In this document: piece after piece, positions 1 to 9,952 of the stretch
Numbering within the stretch: the stretch's first letter is position 1
Layout of the letters: each line of letters starts with the position of its first letter
DNA from: Neoechinorhynchus agilis
Taxonomy: Eukaryota > Animalia > Acanthocephala
NCBI GenBank assembly: GCA_051530055.1
Contig: CM121342.1
Span: 8,447,480-8,511,479, forward strand
DNA: 64,000 nucleotides
Direction: 5' to 3'
Position numbers and translations under genes: made by a program
Notes under the pieces: model-generated
Database searches by the model: none
What the model was told of the DNA's origin: nothing
Seen by the model: only the letters and a program-made list of their open reading frames with translations

Positions 1-96
1 TGAACGATCAAAGAAAACGAATTTAGCGCCCTACAAAAATATTAATGTAGCACAAAAACGTAAAAGTTCAATTTTGGCTGAGATGGAAATTTAACA

Positions 97-164
97 GCAT
101 TGGTGGTTCAGTGGTATTCTCGCCTGCCACGCGGGAGACCCGGGTTCGATTCCCGGCCAATGCA
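97..164 (+). tRNA. tRNA-Gly(GCC)-like gene, probably a pseudogene (3-nt deletion in the D-arm)
   Basis: GCATTGGTGGTTCAGTGGT-ATTCTCGCCTGCCACGCGGGAGACCCGGGTTCGATTCCCGGCCAATGCA matches eukaryotic tRNA-Gly-GCC except that GGTAGAATTCTC is shortened to GGTATTCTC. No T-run terminator follows immediately. Confidence 0.8.
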
Positions 165-465
165 ACAGCTGATTGGACACCGACAAACGTTCCTAGGAGG
201 ACCGCACTTCCCTTCCTCCCTAAAATTCGGCCGCAATCAATTCTAAAATACATAATAAAATCATGCCGACACGGACTTACGTTCACTAAGTCAACAACAA
301 AATTATTCTTTTAGCAGCGCGGCGATCCAACGCGGATATGCCGCGGCCATCAAGGAAGCTGTTGAATAATCATAGCAAACGTTTAGTTTTTTATTACGGA
401 TGTTCATATAGAAAAAATATATCACCAGCCAGTTACATTTTTTATAAGTCTTGAAGTGACCATTA

Positions 466-499
466 CACGGCTGATTGCTTTCCTTGGGCACAGCTCACC
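466..499 (+). repeat. Dispersed TIR-like motif (CACGGCTG...TTCCTTGGGCAC(AC)AGCYCACC), copy 1
   Basis: The same motif occurs inverted at 2380-2417, direct within 34057-34175, and twice in the 37855-38034 foldback. Confidence 0.65.
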
Positions 500-2340
500 T
501 TCTCACTCACGCATTTCTCGCTCGAGAGGGGTTGCGGTTCCCTCGACAACCAATTTATCCTGTTTGATGCAATCCACTCATCGTTTCCTCGGCCTTTCTC
601 GTCGGCGATTTCACGTTATTTCCAGTCCCTCCGTACTGTGCAGTATGTGATCTGCTTCGCACTTCGAAACTTTATCGTGCCAATGCAACCTTCTTTGACG
701 ATCAACTCTGAATAGCGGCAAGTGCCGAACAGCTCCCTGATGTCCGCATTTCTTTTCGTATCCTAGAGAGTGTACCCTGCTGCCCATCTCAGCATCCTCA
801 TCTCGTTCGTTTCTAATCTTCTGAGGTCGTCTTGCTTGGTCGTCCAAGTTTCTGCGCCATATAACATGGCTGGTCGCACCACGGTCTCGAGCACCAGCCC
901 TTTCAATTTCGGTGAGATCCTTATGTCGCATAGTACACCAGATATCTTCCTCCTGTTGAGGCACCGCTTTGTATAAGAACAGTTATTTCGGGTTCGAGGT
1001 AATTTGTCATATTTACTTCGCTGCCCAGATATTTTACTGTTCTTCACATCGTCAAATCGACACCTTCTAACTTTAACGCTTTCAGTCCCATGCATATCGT
1101 GTTAAACCTGTTTACCTTAAGACCGTTGGCTTCCAATGCCTCACGCCACCCTTCCATACTTCGCTGAGCCCTTTCACGTGTTTCGGCTGTCACAATCAAG
1201 TCATCAGCAAACAATAGTGTCCATGGAAGCTTGTGGGCGATTTGCTAAGATCCCTCGTGACGAATAAGAACGGACTGAGAGCGGATCCCTGATGCAATCC
1301 CACTGTAACCTCAAAATAGTTTGCCTCTCACAGACTGCATCTGACACATGTGCAGGATCCTTCGTACATAATCATGATTGCTCTTATGTATTCCTCGAAA
1401 AGTTTTTTTTTGAGGCACGTCAATATTAGGTCTCTCGGCACTCTATCATAGGCTTTTTCAAGGTCCACGAATACATTCCATTTCCAGCTTACCTATTAGC
1501 GATTAAGCTCAGTATCCTGTAGAAACCACCACCTGATTCTATTGTTCACTTTCCCGGCATACCGTTTCCTCTTTGTTCTGATCGTCAAGTCCGCTATTAC
1601 TACTCGGTGTTGTGGTACTCAATCTTCTTCGAGAATCGTTTTGACGTTCTTTATTTCGCTCCATCGTAATATCGGGTAAAGGATGAAATCAATTTGACTA
1701 GATTTTCCACCGCTCGAATCCCCCTTTTGGAAAAACGTGTTTGCTAGTCGCAGTTCTCTTGAAACGACCAAGTCAAGGAGCTTTTCACCTTCGGCCCATG
1801 CACTCGTTCGTAACCGTCTCTATCTTCCACATGTCCATTGAACTCTCTTGTAATCGCATAACGAGTGCTCTTCGAGTTCGCAACAGTATCCGATAAGCTT
1901 TGCCAAAATTGTTGTTAATCGAATCGCACCAATATGATCCTACCATTTGTTTTGATCACTTCCAAAACGCAATCGACTAGTCCTTTTTCCATGATGACTC
2001 CCACCCCATTCCTGTCATTTGGCTCGCCACTATAGATTATTTTATAACCATCTCCTAGTTCACGGGCTTTCGCTCCTTTCCACCTGGCCTCCTGCACTCC
2101 TAGTATGCCGATCTTTCTCCTTCTCATCATATCAACTATTTCCCGAATCCTTCCCGTCATCGATCCCACATTTAGCGTTGCTATTCTTAGGTCAGCTGTG
2201 CAGACCAATTTCTTTAGCCGAGACCATTCATGCTTCGATAGCCCTTGATGATTTAACGCAAATTCTGGGCGAAGAAATTGCGCGTCGCATATAGGGGACG
2301 CCTTAGTCCTTTGGTTGATTCGATTGTTGGTTGTCATTTG
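500..2340 (-). mobile_element. RTE-clade non-LTR retrotransposon, internally deleted and decayed
   Basis: ORF 1915-2337 has the APE N-terminus (IATLNVGSMTGR...GILGVQEARWKG...RNGVGVI). ORF 763-1095 has the RTE C-terminal motif KGLVLETVVRPAMLYGAETW. EN is joined to mid-RT near 1500. Confidence 0.9.
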
Positions 2341-2379
2341 GGTCTTTAAAAATTCATATCAATTTCAATGATCAAAGAT

Positions 2380-2417
2380 ATCGGTGGGCTGTGTGCCCAA
2401 GGAAAAAAACAGAGGTG
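2380..2417 (-). repeat. Dispersed TIR-like motif, inverted copy
   Basis: ATCGGTGGGCTGTGTGCCCAAGGAAAAAAACAGAGGTG is a reverse-complement match to the 466-499 and 34057-34175 motif. Confidence 0.65.
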
Positions 2418-2560
2418 TAAGGGGACCTTCAACGCAAAATTAAATTATTTGCTCTTCCGGGCTCTGACGATGTCAAAGGTGAAACCTTCCTCGTTAACAA
2501 CGGCGTCGACATTGAGAATCGGAATCGATGTCTCGATGATGAACGTCTTTTAAGGATCCG

Positions 2561-2632
2561 ATCTCGGTCGGGGAATCGAACCCCGGTCATCCGCGTGACA
2601 GGCGGGTATACTCACCACTATACTAACACCGA
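2561..2632 (-). tRNA. tRNA-Asp(GTC)-like gene with a mispaired acceptor stem, possible pseudogene
   Basis: The reverse complement reads TCGGTGTTAGTATAGTGGTGAGTATACCCGCCTGTCACGCGGATGACCGGGGTTCGATTCCCCGACCGAGAT. D, anticodon (GTC) and T arms are recognisable, but the acceptor stem pairs only 4 of 7. Confidence 0.8.
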
Positions 2633-3097
2633 CGCTTAAAATTTCATCCACGGATATTGGAAAATCAAATCCGATTTATCGGAATCTTATCTCTCTTATT
2701 GTAAATCTCCAAATCTAAAAGTAAACAATGTAAATAATGCCTCCAGCTCTATCTCGCCTAGCGGCTACAAAAACTGCAGCGGAAATATATACAGTATATA
2801 AATTTTAAGAGCAATTTTTAGCGTTTTCGATTTGTTTTCTGAATACCAACACCGTAGCCTCTAAATAAACGATCACAAAATCGTCAGTGTTCGTTCTTGT
2901 TAGTTGAAGACCGATGATGAACCAGGACTAAAAGTACAAGACAAAAAATTGCGTACATGTTAAAAAACATTCGGAGGAGTTTCCGATTTGCCTTAGTAAG
3001 AATAATATGAAAATCTCTTTTATGTAAGAAAGATTAAAACCAGCTTCTATTTAGAATAAAAACTTACTTTTTAAGCACTTCCTTTCTTCGCATTGCC

Positions 3098-3500
3098 CAC
3101 TTTTCGCATGTTGGCTAAATGTTCCTAGCATCCTTCCTTACTAAGACGATTGGGGTCAACCATTCGACTTCTCTGTTATATTCACGCTTGCCAAAATTTC
3201 CCGTTACACCAATCTTTGAATCTCTCGTTTACCCAGGTCTTGCAATACATAGGGTATTCGTCTCGCTGGACATCGTATCGGGTTAGCTTCACGCGATAAG
3301 CGTAATTTCACCTTAATATCCTTCATTGCAACCGTATCTCCCTCGGATAAATTTGCCAAATCCTCCCAAATGCTTCCAGCTTCTTTCTCCAAATCCATTC
3401 TCCTGGCATAAACCTGAGACGGTACTTTGATTTTGAAGGCTCCCGGAAACGGCAATCCAAATGAACATATCGTGGTGTGATTGGCCACTGTCACTTCTAA
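3098..3500 (-). mobile_element. Ty3/Gypsy pol fragment (start of RT), part of an inverted copy of 42601-43578
   Basis: ORF 3204-3494 has PIRCPARRIPYVLQDLGKREIQRLV followed by a degenerate W-TP-V-V-K motif. It is near-identical in reverse to 43182-43578. Confidence 0.8.
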
Positions 3501-3599
3501 TTTTCTCGATTTATCATTTCGCTAAACATTCGCTTCACAGCTTCTTAACGTGTCAACCTTTACCCCTCCATATACTTTCGCTTCACGTTTAGGTAGTGC

Positions 3600-4074
3600 C
3601 TTCGCACTCTCGCGTATGCGTTTAACTGGCAATAATCTTGCCTTTGTTCTCTACGGCATCTTCCACGAAGAAATACTTAAAAATTACGATCCGATTAATA
3701 GGTTTTAGACCTTATTTAACAAATGAAAATCCGTAACTCTTTTTATGTCGAGCGGCGAATCGCGAGGTTCGCCGCTCGGAGAAATAGCCGATTAAATTGA
3801 GCGAAGGTGAAATTGTGGACCACGAGAACCATATTATCAGAAATCAGACCCCGCTTCTCCGCAATGGGAAAAACTGAAGTAGGCTAATAATACCTTGCAA
3901 AGCTGTGATGGTTTGGACCTCAGGAATTCTTCGCGGTTACGATTGGGGACAGGTCTGTTGCTTTATTACAAATCCTCAACGGTGATCCAGAATCAACGGA
4001 GACTGGAACTCCGCCGACTGCTGCAATCGTCATTCTTAATCATCATTTCAAATCCTAGTTTTGCCATGGACGGT
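3600..4074 (-). repeat. Fragment of unknown repeat Y (sequence found upstream of the kinase cassette)
   Basis: Reverse-complement similarity to 6454-6910 and 11992-12440. Near-identical in reverse to 42601-43070. Confidence 0.7.
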
Positions 4075-4129
4075 GCCTTCTAAACCAAAAGTGAATCTGT
4101 GAGTTTTGGTTGAAATTCCGCGTAGATGA

Positions 4130-4465
4130 CGAAACAATGAATAAAATTACTTTTATTCATATAAAAAATCTCTATAAAGCTTCTTATATGAACGTTTGAT
4201 TCAAATTTGACCCAGGAGAACTTTTTTAAGTTTCAATAGACCATTGAATTTTTCACTTTTTGCGATATGCTGATAAATTCATAATCGCCCTTCTAAATTT
4301 TACGCATTTTCATGATGGAAACAAAACGAATTTTCGGGTAATTTTTGCGCCATATTTCTACTGTTTTGATATGGCAGAAAAATTGAAGCAATTTATATGG
4401 TCCGATATTTCTGCACAATCTTGTGCCTTTGTCAAGAGTTTTTCTTTAGGAAATTACAAGTAAGC
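4130..4465 (+). pseudogene. Decayed unknown exon X ending in a GTAAGC donor-like site
   Basis: Frame YADKFIIALLNFTHFHDGNKTNFRVIFAP..YFYCFDMAEKLKQFI..ENYK is conserved in several copies with a synonymous-biased divergence pattern. Confidence 0.45.
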
Positions 4466-4489
4466 TTACTAACAAACAAACTGATGACA

Positions 4490-6330
4490 AACCCGAACTG
4501 GAACGCTGGTGGAATGAGACAGCCGAAGTGATTCGTAGTGAAGCAAAAAAAACTAGGAATGACATCGAGGAAACCTAAACCCCAAAACAAAGAGGCATGG
4601 AGGTGGAATCAAGTCGTCAAGGACGCAATAAATCTAAAGAAGTCAGTCAGGAAAAGATTGGATTTTGACGCTTCGGCCTCGAATGCAGACGCTTACAAAC
4701 AGGCTAAAAGGAAGGCCGCATGAGAATGCGCCAAAGCCAAGAGGGAAGCCGATAACGGCCTGTTCTAAAAATTGCAGCGAGGGAGTTGTAGAGATATGGT
4801 CTTCAGGTTGGCCAAAGTCAGGGATAAAAAATCGCGGAATATCGTGCACCTCAAAATGATCAGTGATAGCCATGGCAAGACGCTGGACCAATGCAAGGAC
4901 ATTTTGGATAGGTGGAAGGAATATTTCAGCACTCTGTTGAACACTGAGAATGACAGACTGCTTCTAGAGGACTTACACCCGAATGTCAATATGACGAGGC
5001 CGTACTCGTACGATGAGATGGCTGCACAGCTCAGGAAAATGAAGACTGGTAGGAGCGGCGGTCCAGAGAACATGCCGATCGAACTGTGGCAGTCAATGGG
5101 AGTCTTGGGAATAAAGTTGCTCATGGGGCTCTTTCAGAAGATAGATGTTGAGGAAAAGATCCCGTCGGAATGGCAGGGAAGCATATTGATACTGATCTTC
5201 AAAGGCAAAGGAGATGTTCTGCAGTGTAGAAGCTACCGCGGCATCAAACTCATGTCTCACACAATGAAACTGTGGTAACGAATGATCGATTACAGGATTA
5301 GCGAGGAGATCCGAATCAGCGAGGATCAACGGGGATTCGTGCCCGGCAGAAGCACAATCGACGCCATATTCGTGCTGAGGCAGCTGTATGAGAGGTAGTG
5401 TGTTTGTCGATTTGGATGGGGCGTACGACACGGTCCCTCGGGATCCAGTGATCCAGTGTGGGCATGGCTCAGTAAAAGGAATTGTCCCGAACACTATGTC
5501 GCGGCGATCCAAGCGATGCATCGAGAGTGCTACACCTGCGTGCGATGCCGCAGTGGAACCACCGACTATTTCCGAGCTTCCGTGGGTCGGCAACAGGGTT
5601 CCACCCTGAGCTCATTCTTGTTATCGATCGCCGGACGATTTGTTGCTCACAGCTAGGGACGTGGACACGCTCAAGAATTTGTTGGAGAGTTGGCGACAGC
5701 AATTAGGAAGCAACGGATTGAGAGTGAACAGGTGCAAAACGAAATACATGGAGCCGGGTAACATCGATATGCAAGGAACTCAGATCGAAAAGATGAACAC
5801 CTTCAAATATTTGGGCAGCATGTTGAACATGCAATGTGAGCTCACACCAGAGATCGGACAAAGAGTTCAATGCAGGTGGAACAACTGGAGGAACACAATA
5901 GGCATCCTTTGCGATAAGCTTCTCCCGAACAAGATTTAAGGGCGGGTGTACAAGGCAGTAGTGCGACCCGCAATGCTTTACGTAGCAGAGACGTGGGCTA
6001 CGAAGAAGGAAGACGTTCAACGATTAGCCGTCAACGAAATGCGTATGCTGAGATGGTCTGCAGGATTGACACGCAAGGATCGAGTGAACAATGAGGAGGT
6101 GCGATAGCTGTTTGCTGTCGAGCCGATAGAGGAGGCAATCGCTAAGAGGCGGATGCGATGCTACCTGCAGGTGACACAAGCAGATGAAGACGTCTGGGTG
6201 AAGAGCGTATGGAGAATCGAGCTCGAGGGGAAAAGGAAAAGAGGGATGCACAAGAAGAGGTGGAAGGACAGTATGAGCGGAGATCTCAAGACGCTCGGAA
6301 AGGAGAATAACGAAGACGAAAGCTGACAAT
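4490..6330 (+). mobile_element. RTE-clade LINE, 5'-truncated (linker + RT + C-terminus), frameshifted
   Basis: WWNETAEVIR, KEAWRWNQVVK, GPENMPIELW, YRGIKLMSHTMKLW, VDLDGAYDTVPR, QQGSTLS, FKYLGS, VRPAMLY, across ORFs 4538-4723, 4772-5278, 5388-5609 and 5640-5939. Confidence 0.9.
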
Positions 6331-6453
6331 GCTGAAAAGAACGACCTCTCAAGTGAGAGTAAAGTTCAAAGAAATGTTGTTGTTATGTTGTTTCCCAAAT
6401 GGAACGTTCAATATTTTAAATTTAAAGTCACCCAGTACCGCGATGCGTTCGTT

Positions 6454-8330
6454 CGTTTACAGCAGTCACCGGAGTGCCAGTCTTCGTTGATTCTGGACCA
6501 CTGTTGAGGGCTTTTAATAAAGCCAATTTTTTCCAGTAATCTTCAGGGTTCGTAGCAGACCTGCCCCCAATCGCAGCCCGAAGGGTTCCAGAAGTCCAAA
6601 CCATCGCAGCTCTTCAAGGTATTAGCCTACTTTAGTGTTTCCTATTACGGAGAAGTGGGGTTTATTCTCGTGGTCAACAATTTTCACCTTCGCTCAACTT
6701 AACCCGATTAACCTCATTTTAAACAGAGAAATAGCCGATTAAATACAGAGCCTCGCGACTCTCCCGCTTGACATAAAAAGAGTTACGGATTTTCATTTGT
6801 TAAATAACGTCTAAAACCTAGTGATCGGATCGTAATTTTTAAGTATTTTTTCGTGGAAGATACCTACAAGAACAAAAACAGGAATATTGCCAGTTAAACG
6901 GATACGCGAATCCATATCGTCTAATGGCAGTGGACATGTTGGTTGTCCATATGAACGGACCGTTTCCGAGGTGCGCTCCTCTCGACGATATGTCCGATGT
7001 TGTACATTTGAATGATCGTTGCATTTTGGGAACCGGCAATAATTTCAATAATCATTAAAATAACATGCCGTTCGTGCATTTAAAAGGATATATTCAGCTT
7101 TCAGGGTTTTTCATACCAAGAGAATATTAGATCGGCTGCAATATTTGTAAGCCAGAGCAAAACATCGGATACATCAGACGCGACCAAGGAAACTGCGCGT
7201 AATCCTATTCGCTAGAGAGATTTTCTTCGAGCCTACACATTTTAACGGGAGAAATATTTCTATGTTAATATTGTTGCAGAGATGGCCGAGATGATTAAAA
7301 TGTATCGGGCAAAGATGTGTTTGAGCTTTTAAGAGATGGTGTTTAATACGAAGATTTTCAAATCGGACTGATTTTTTTGAAGAATCTTCCAATGAAGATA
7401 TACATTAAAAGTGTTTACAAATAAAATTATAAAAGCCACATGCAAGCAGTTAACAAATAATAATCAACATTAATTATTCTACAAATGATACAAGCTTAAA
7501 AGAGCAAAATGAGGCCATCAATGCGAAGTAGTTAAATTTTCGGAAAAAAAGCTGCGTTAGAAATAAAAACTTACGTCCATTGTCCACAAAATGGACATGG
7601 CAATGACATGGCAGAATAGAGCAAACGATTTTATGTACGACAACAAACTGATTAGATTGCGATTGTTCTTATATTGGCGGACTGGAACACATTGGTCCAA
7701 TTATTTTTAAACAAGGCAACTTCACCAACACCTCCTGTCGGCCGTATTCGAATTTCACGCCGACGGAATATCAGATCGGGATCGCTTGTGCGTACAGTTT
7801 CGCAAACTCTCAGCTAATAGAGCAAAGAAGCCGCATATTTTGAGCTTTTACAGTCAACAATCATAAATGTCCAGGTATAGTCACTTTTATTTACGAGTGC
7901 TAAAATATTCAAAAAAAGGAAGATAAAATTTTTTGAATTTGATAAGATTGTTGTTTTATTGTTCGGCTTTAATATTGTAACTTTATTAGTAGTCGCCTCT
8001 TTTCTAGCCGCGAGTCAAAAGCGACTCATTAAAACTCAAGTCACTTTCACCCTCTTTAAGGTAAATGGTGTTTGTTCTGACATTTAGGGTCGCTTTTCTT
8101 AATGAATATCAACGACATGATCATCATGAGTTGCTAGAAAGTGACATGAACGATTCAATTGGTATCAAAAAACAACATTTAAAGGATTGAGATCATATGG
8201 AAGCCTTCGCGTTCATTTATTTCTTTGTTTGAATAAGAATATTCCGTAAAAAGCGAAAAGGGCAGTATACTACTTCGCAAGTTCAATTTTCGCCCTAATA
8301 CCATTTTTATCCGAAGTTCAATCGAGAACT
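6454..8330 (+). repeat. Unknown repeat Y (about 1.9 kb, upstream flank of kinase copy 1)
   Basis: Direct copy at 11992-13880. Diverged copies at 28320-29390 (+), 33530-33830 (-) and 42525-43065 (+). Confidence 0.8.
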
Positions 8331-8407
8331 GGGAGATTCCGACAATTTGCGATTACTTTCATTAACCTTGTCTAGCGAGCAGTTGAAGCAATGGATCGCG
8401 AATGGAA

Positions 8408-8563
8408 GGCGGGCCAATATAAGCAGTCGCATATTTACCTGGTCATTGATTATGACACAAAATGTTTGCTAAAACACTGCTCAAGACGAAGACATACATG
8501 GAGTTGCATGAACTGCAATAATATTTTCAAAACAATATCATCAATAAACAAGTGAGTATAAAA
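8408..8563 (+). promoter_or_regulatory. Putative Pol II promoter of the kinase: GC-rich/CCAAT box and TATAAAA
   Basis: GGCGGGCCAAT at about 8408-8418 and TATAAAA at 8557-8563, about 100 bp before the ATG at 8662. TATAAAA is retained at 14101-14107, 40408-40414 and 48067-48073 (minus strand). Confidence 0.55.
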
Positions 8564-8661
8564 GCAGCTGAGATCAATGTTTGAAGACCGTGGGAATTTA
8601 AGGATCCACTTGCGAGCTCTTTGAATCGAGACTACAATTTAAAACTCATCTCTCTTCGCTC

Positions 8662-9726
8662 ATGGTTCAAATTACGATCGAGAATATCAAGCGAGCGGGA
8701 GTTCTCGGCCACGATAATAAAGTTTATATCTTGGGAGATTTAATTGGTGAAGGCAGTTTCGGGCAAGTTCTCAAATGCAAACAGAGGGGATCAAAAAGAA
8801 ACCTTGCAGTTAAAATATTAAAGAACGCCATTGGGGACTTCGACATGGATGATTGCGAAGTCAAGATGTTTAAGGCATTGAAAGAGGCCGATGGAGAACA
8901 AGCTAACATCGCAGTGCCCCTCGAAATGTTTAAGTACTGCGGACATCAATGTATTATTCTTGAACACTACGAAATGGACCTTAATGTGTTTGTAAACAAA
9001 TTTGGACCAATGCAAATGAATCACTTGTTATCCTTGGCATGTCAAATGTTGCAAGCATTAGCCAAGCTAAAAGAACTTAACATTGTTCATGGAGATCTAA
9101 AACCAGGAAATATTATGATGGTCAATTGTCTAGATAAACGTGAACAATTCAAGCTCATTGATTTTGGTCTTGCCGTACAACTACGAAACCAGGAGTCTCT
9201 CTATGGATACCTCCAAACTTCGTACTATCGAGCTCCGGAAATGATCGTGGGTTTACCCATCGCTAAATCAATCGACATGTGGAGCCTTGGTTGCACTATC
9301 GGGGAACTCGCGATTGGCAGGCCAATATTTCCAGGGAGTGACGATTATGAGACACTGGTCAGAATAACGATAGCAAGAGGTGTTATCCCGAATGCGGTCC
9401 TAAATAATGGAGTACGCACATTGCTATACTATAATAGGACAATCAACGGAGATGGATGGGTGCTGAAATCTCCATTGGAAAGGGGAATCTTTCCGTCTAA
9501 CAGCAGTGCATTGCATCCACCGATAACGTCCTTGGACAGCATTATTAGTCTAATGCCTCGAGATTATCGGACACAACAAGATACGCAAAACAAAAGCAAA
9601 TTAGGGGCAATGATGGATCGCATGCTTAAAATTTCCCCCGAGGATCGAGTTGATCCAACCGTCGCCCTTCAAACATACTTTTCAGAGAATGCTGACACTC
9701 AATTATGGGCTGGTAGGCCTTTATGA
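8662..9726 (+). CDS. Intronless HIPK/DYRK-like CMGC Ser/Thr kinase, kinase domain only (354 aa), intact
   Basis: GEGSFGQV, AVK, alphaC Glu (DCEVK), HGDLKPGN, LIDFG, YGYLQTSYYRAPEMIVGLP, IDMWSLGC, ELAIGRPIFPG. The HIPK-type signature is YLQSRYYRAPE-I-LGLP...IDMWSLGC. Confidence 0.9.
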   Translation: MVQITIENIKRAGVLGHDNKVYILGDLIGEGSFGQVLKCKQRGSKRNLAVKILKNAIGDFDMDDCEVKMFKALKEADGEQANIAVPLEMFKYCGHQCIILEHYEMDLNVFVNKFGPMQMNHLLSLACQMLQALAKLKELNIVHGDLKPGNIMMVNCLDKREQFKLIDFGLAVQLRNQESLYGYLQTSYYRAPEMIVGLPIAKSIDMWSLGCTIGELAIGRPIFPGSDDYETLVRITIARGVIPNAVLNNGVRTLLYYNRTINGDGWVLKSPLERGIFPSNSSALHPPITSLDSIISLMPRDYRTQQDTQNKSKLGAMMDRMLKISPEDRVDPTVALQTYFSENADTQLWAGRPL

Positions 9727-9952
9727 TTGTACAAGTCCATTGGTCAGAATTTCTACCATTTGTCGATGTTTCGGCATTTGTCGTTTCCAATAAATACTGC
9801 TTTCATTGATGTGAATTTAAGTAAAAGACTGCTATTAAATTTTTATGACGGATATTCATTTAAATGGGCAATTCTGTGCTATAATCAGTTCCCTTTTTAA
9901 GCTAAAACACTGTTATAAGTAAATGTCGATATGTGAGGTACCGGAGAATGTG

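Noticed and set aside
2905-2940. CCGATGATGAACC resembling the 10084 hammerhead
   Set aside because: There is no complementary GGTTC-GAAA downstream.
4466-4500. TACTAAC branch-point-like motif and CTGATGA after the exon X donor site
   Set aside because: This lies at the RTE insertion junction and within RTE coding sequence (DDKPELERWW), with no hammerhead stem or GAAA.
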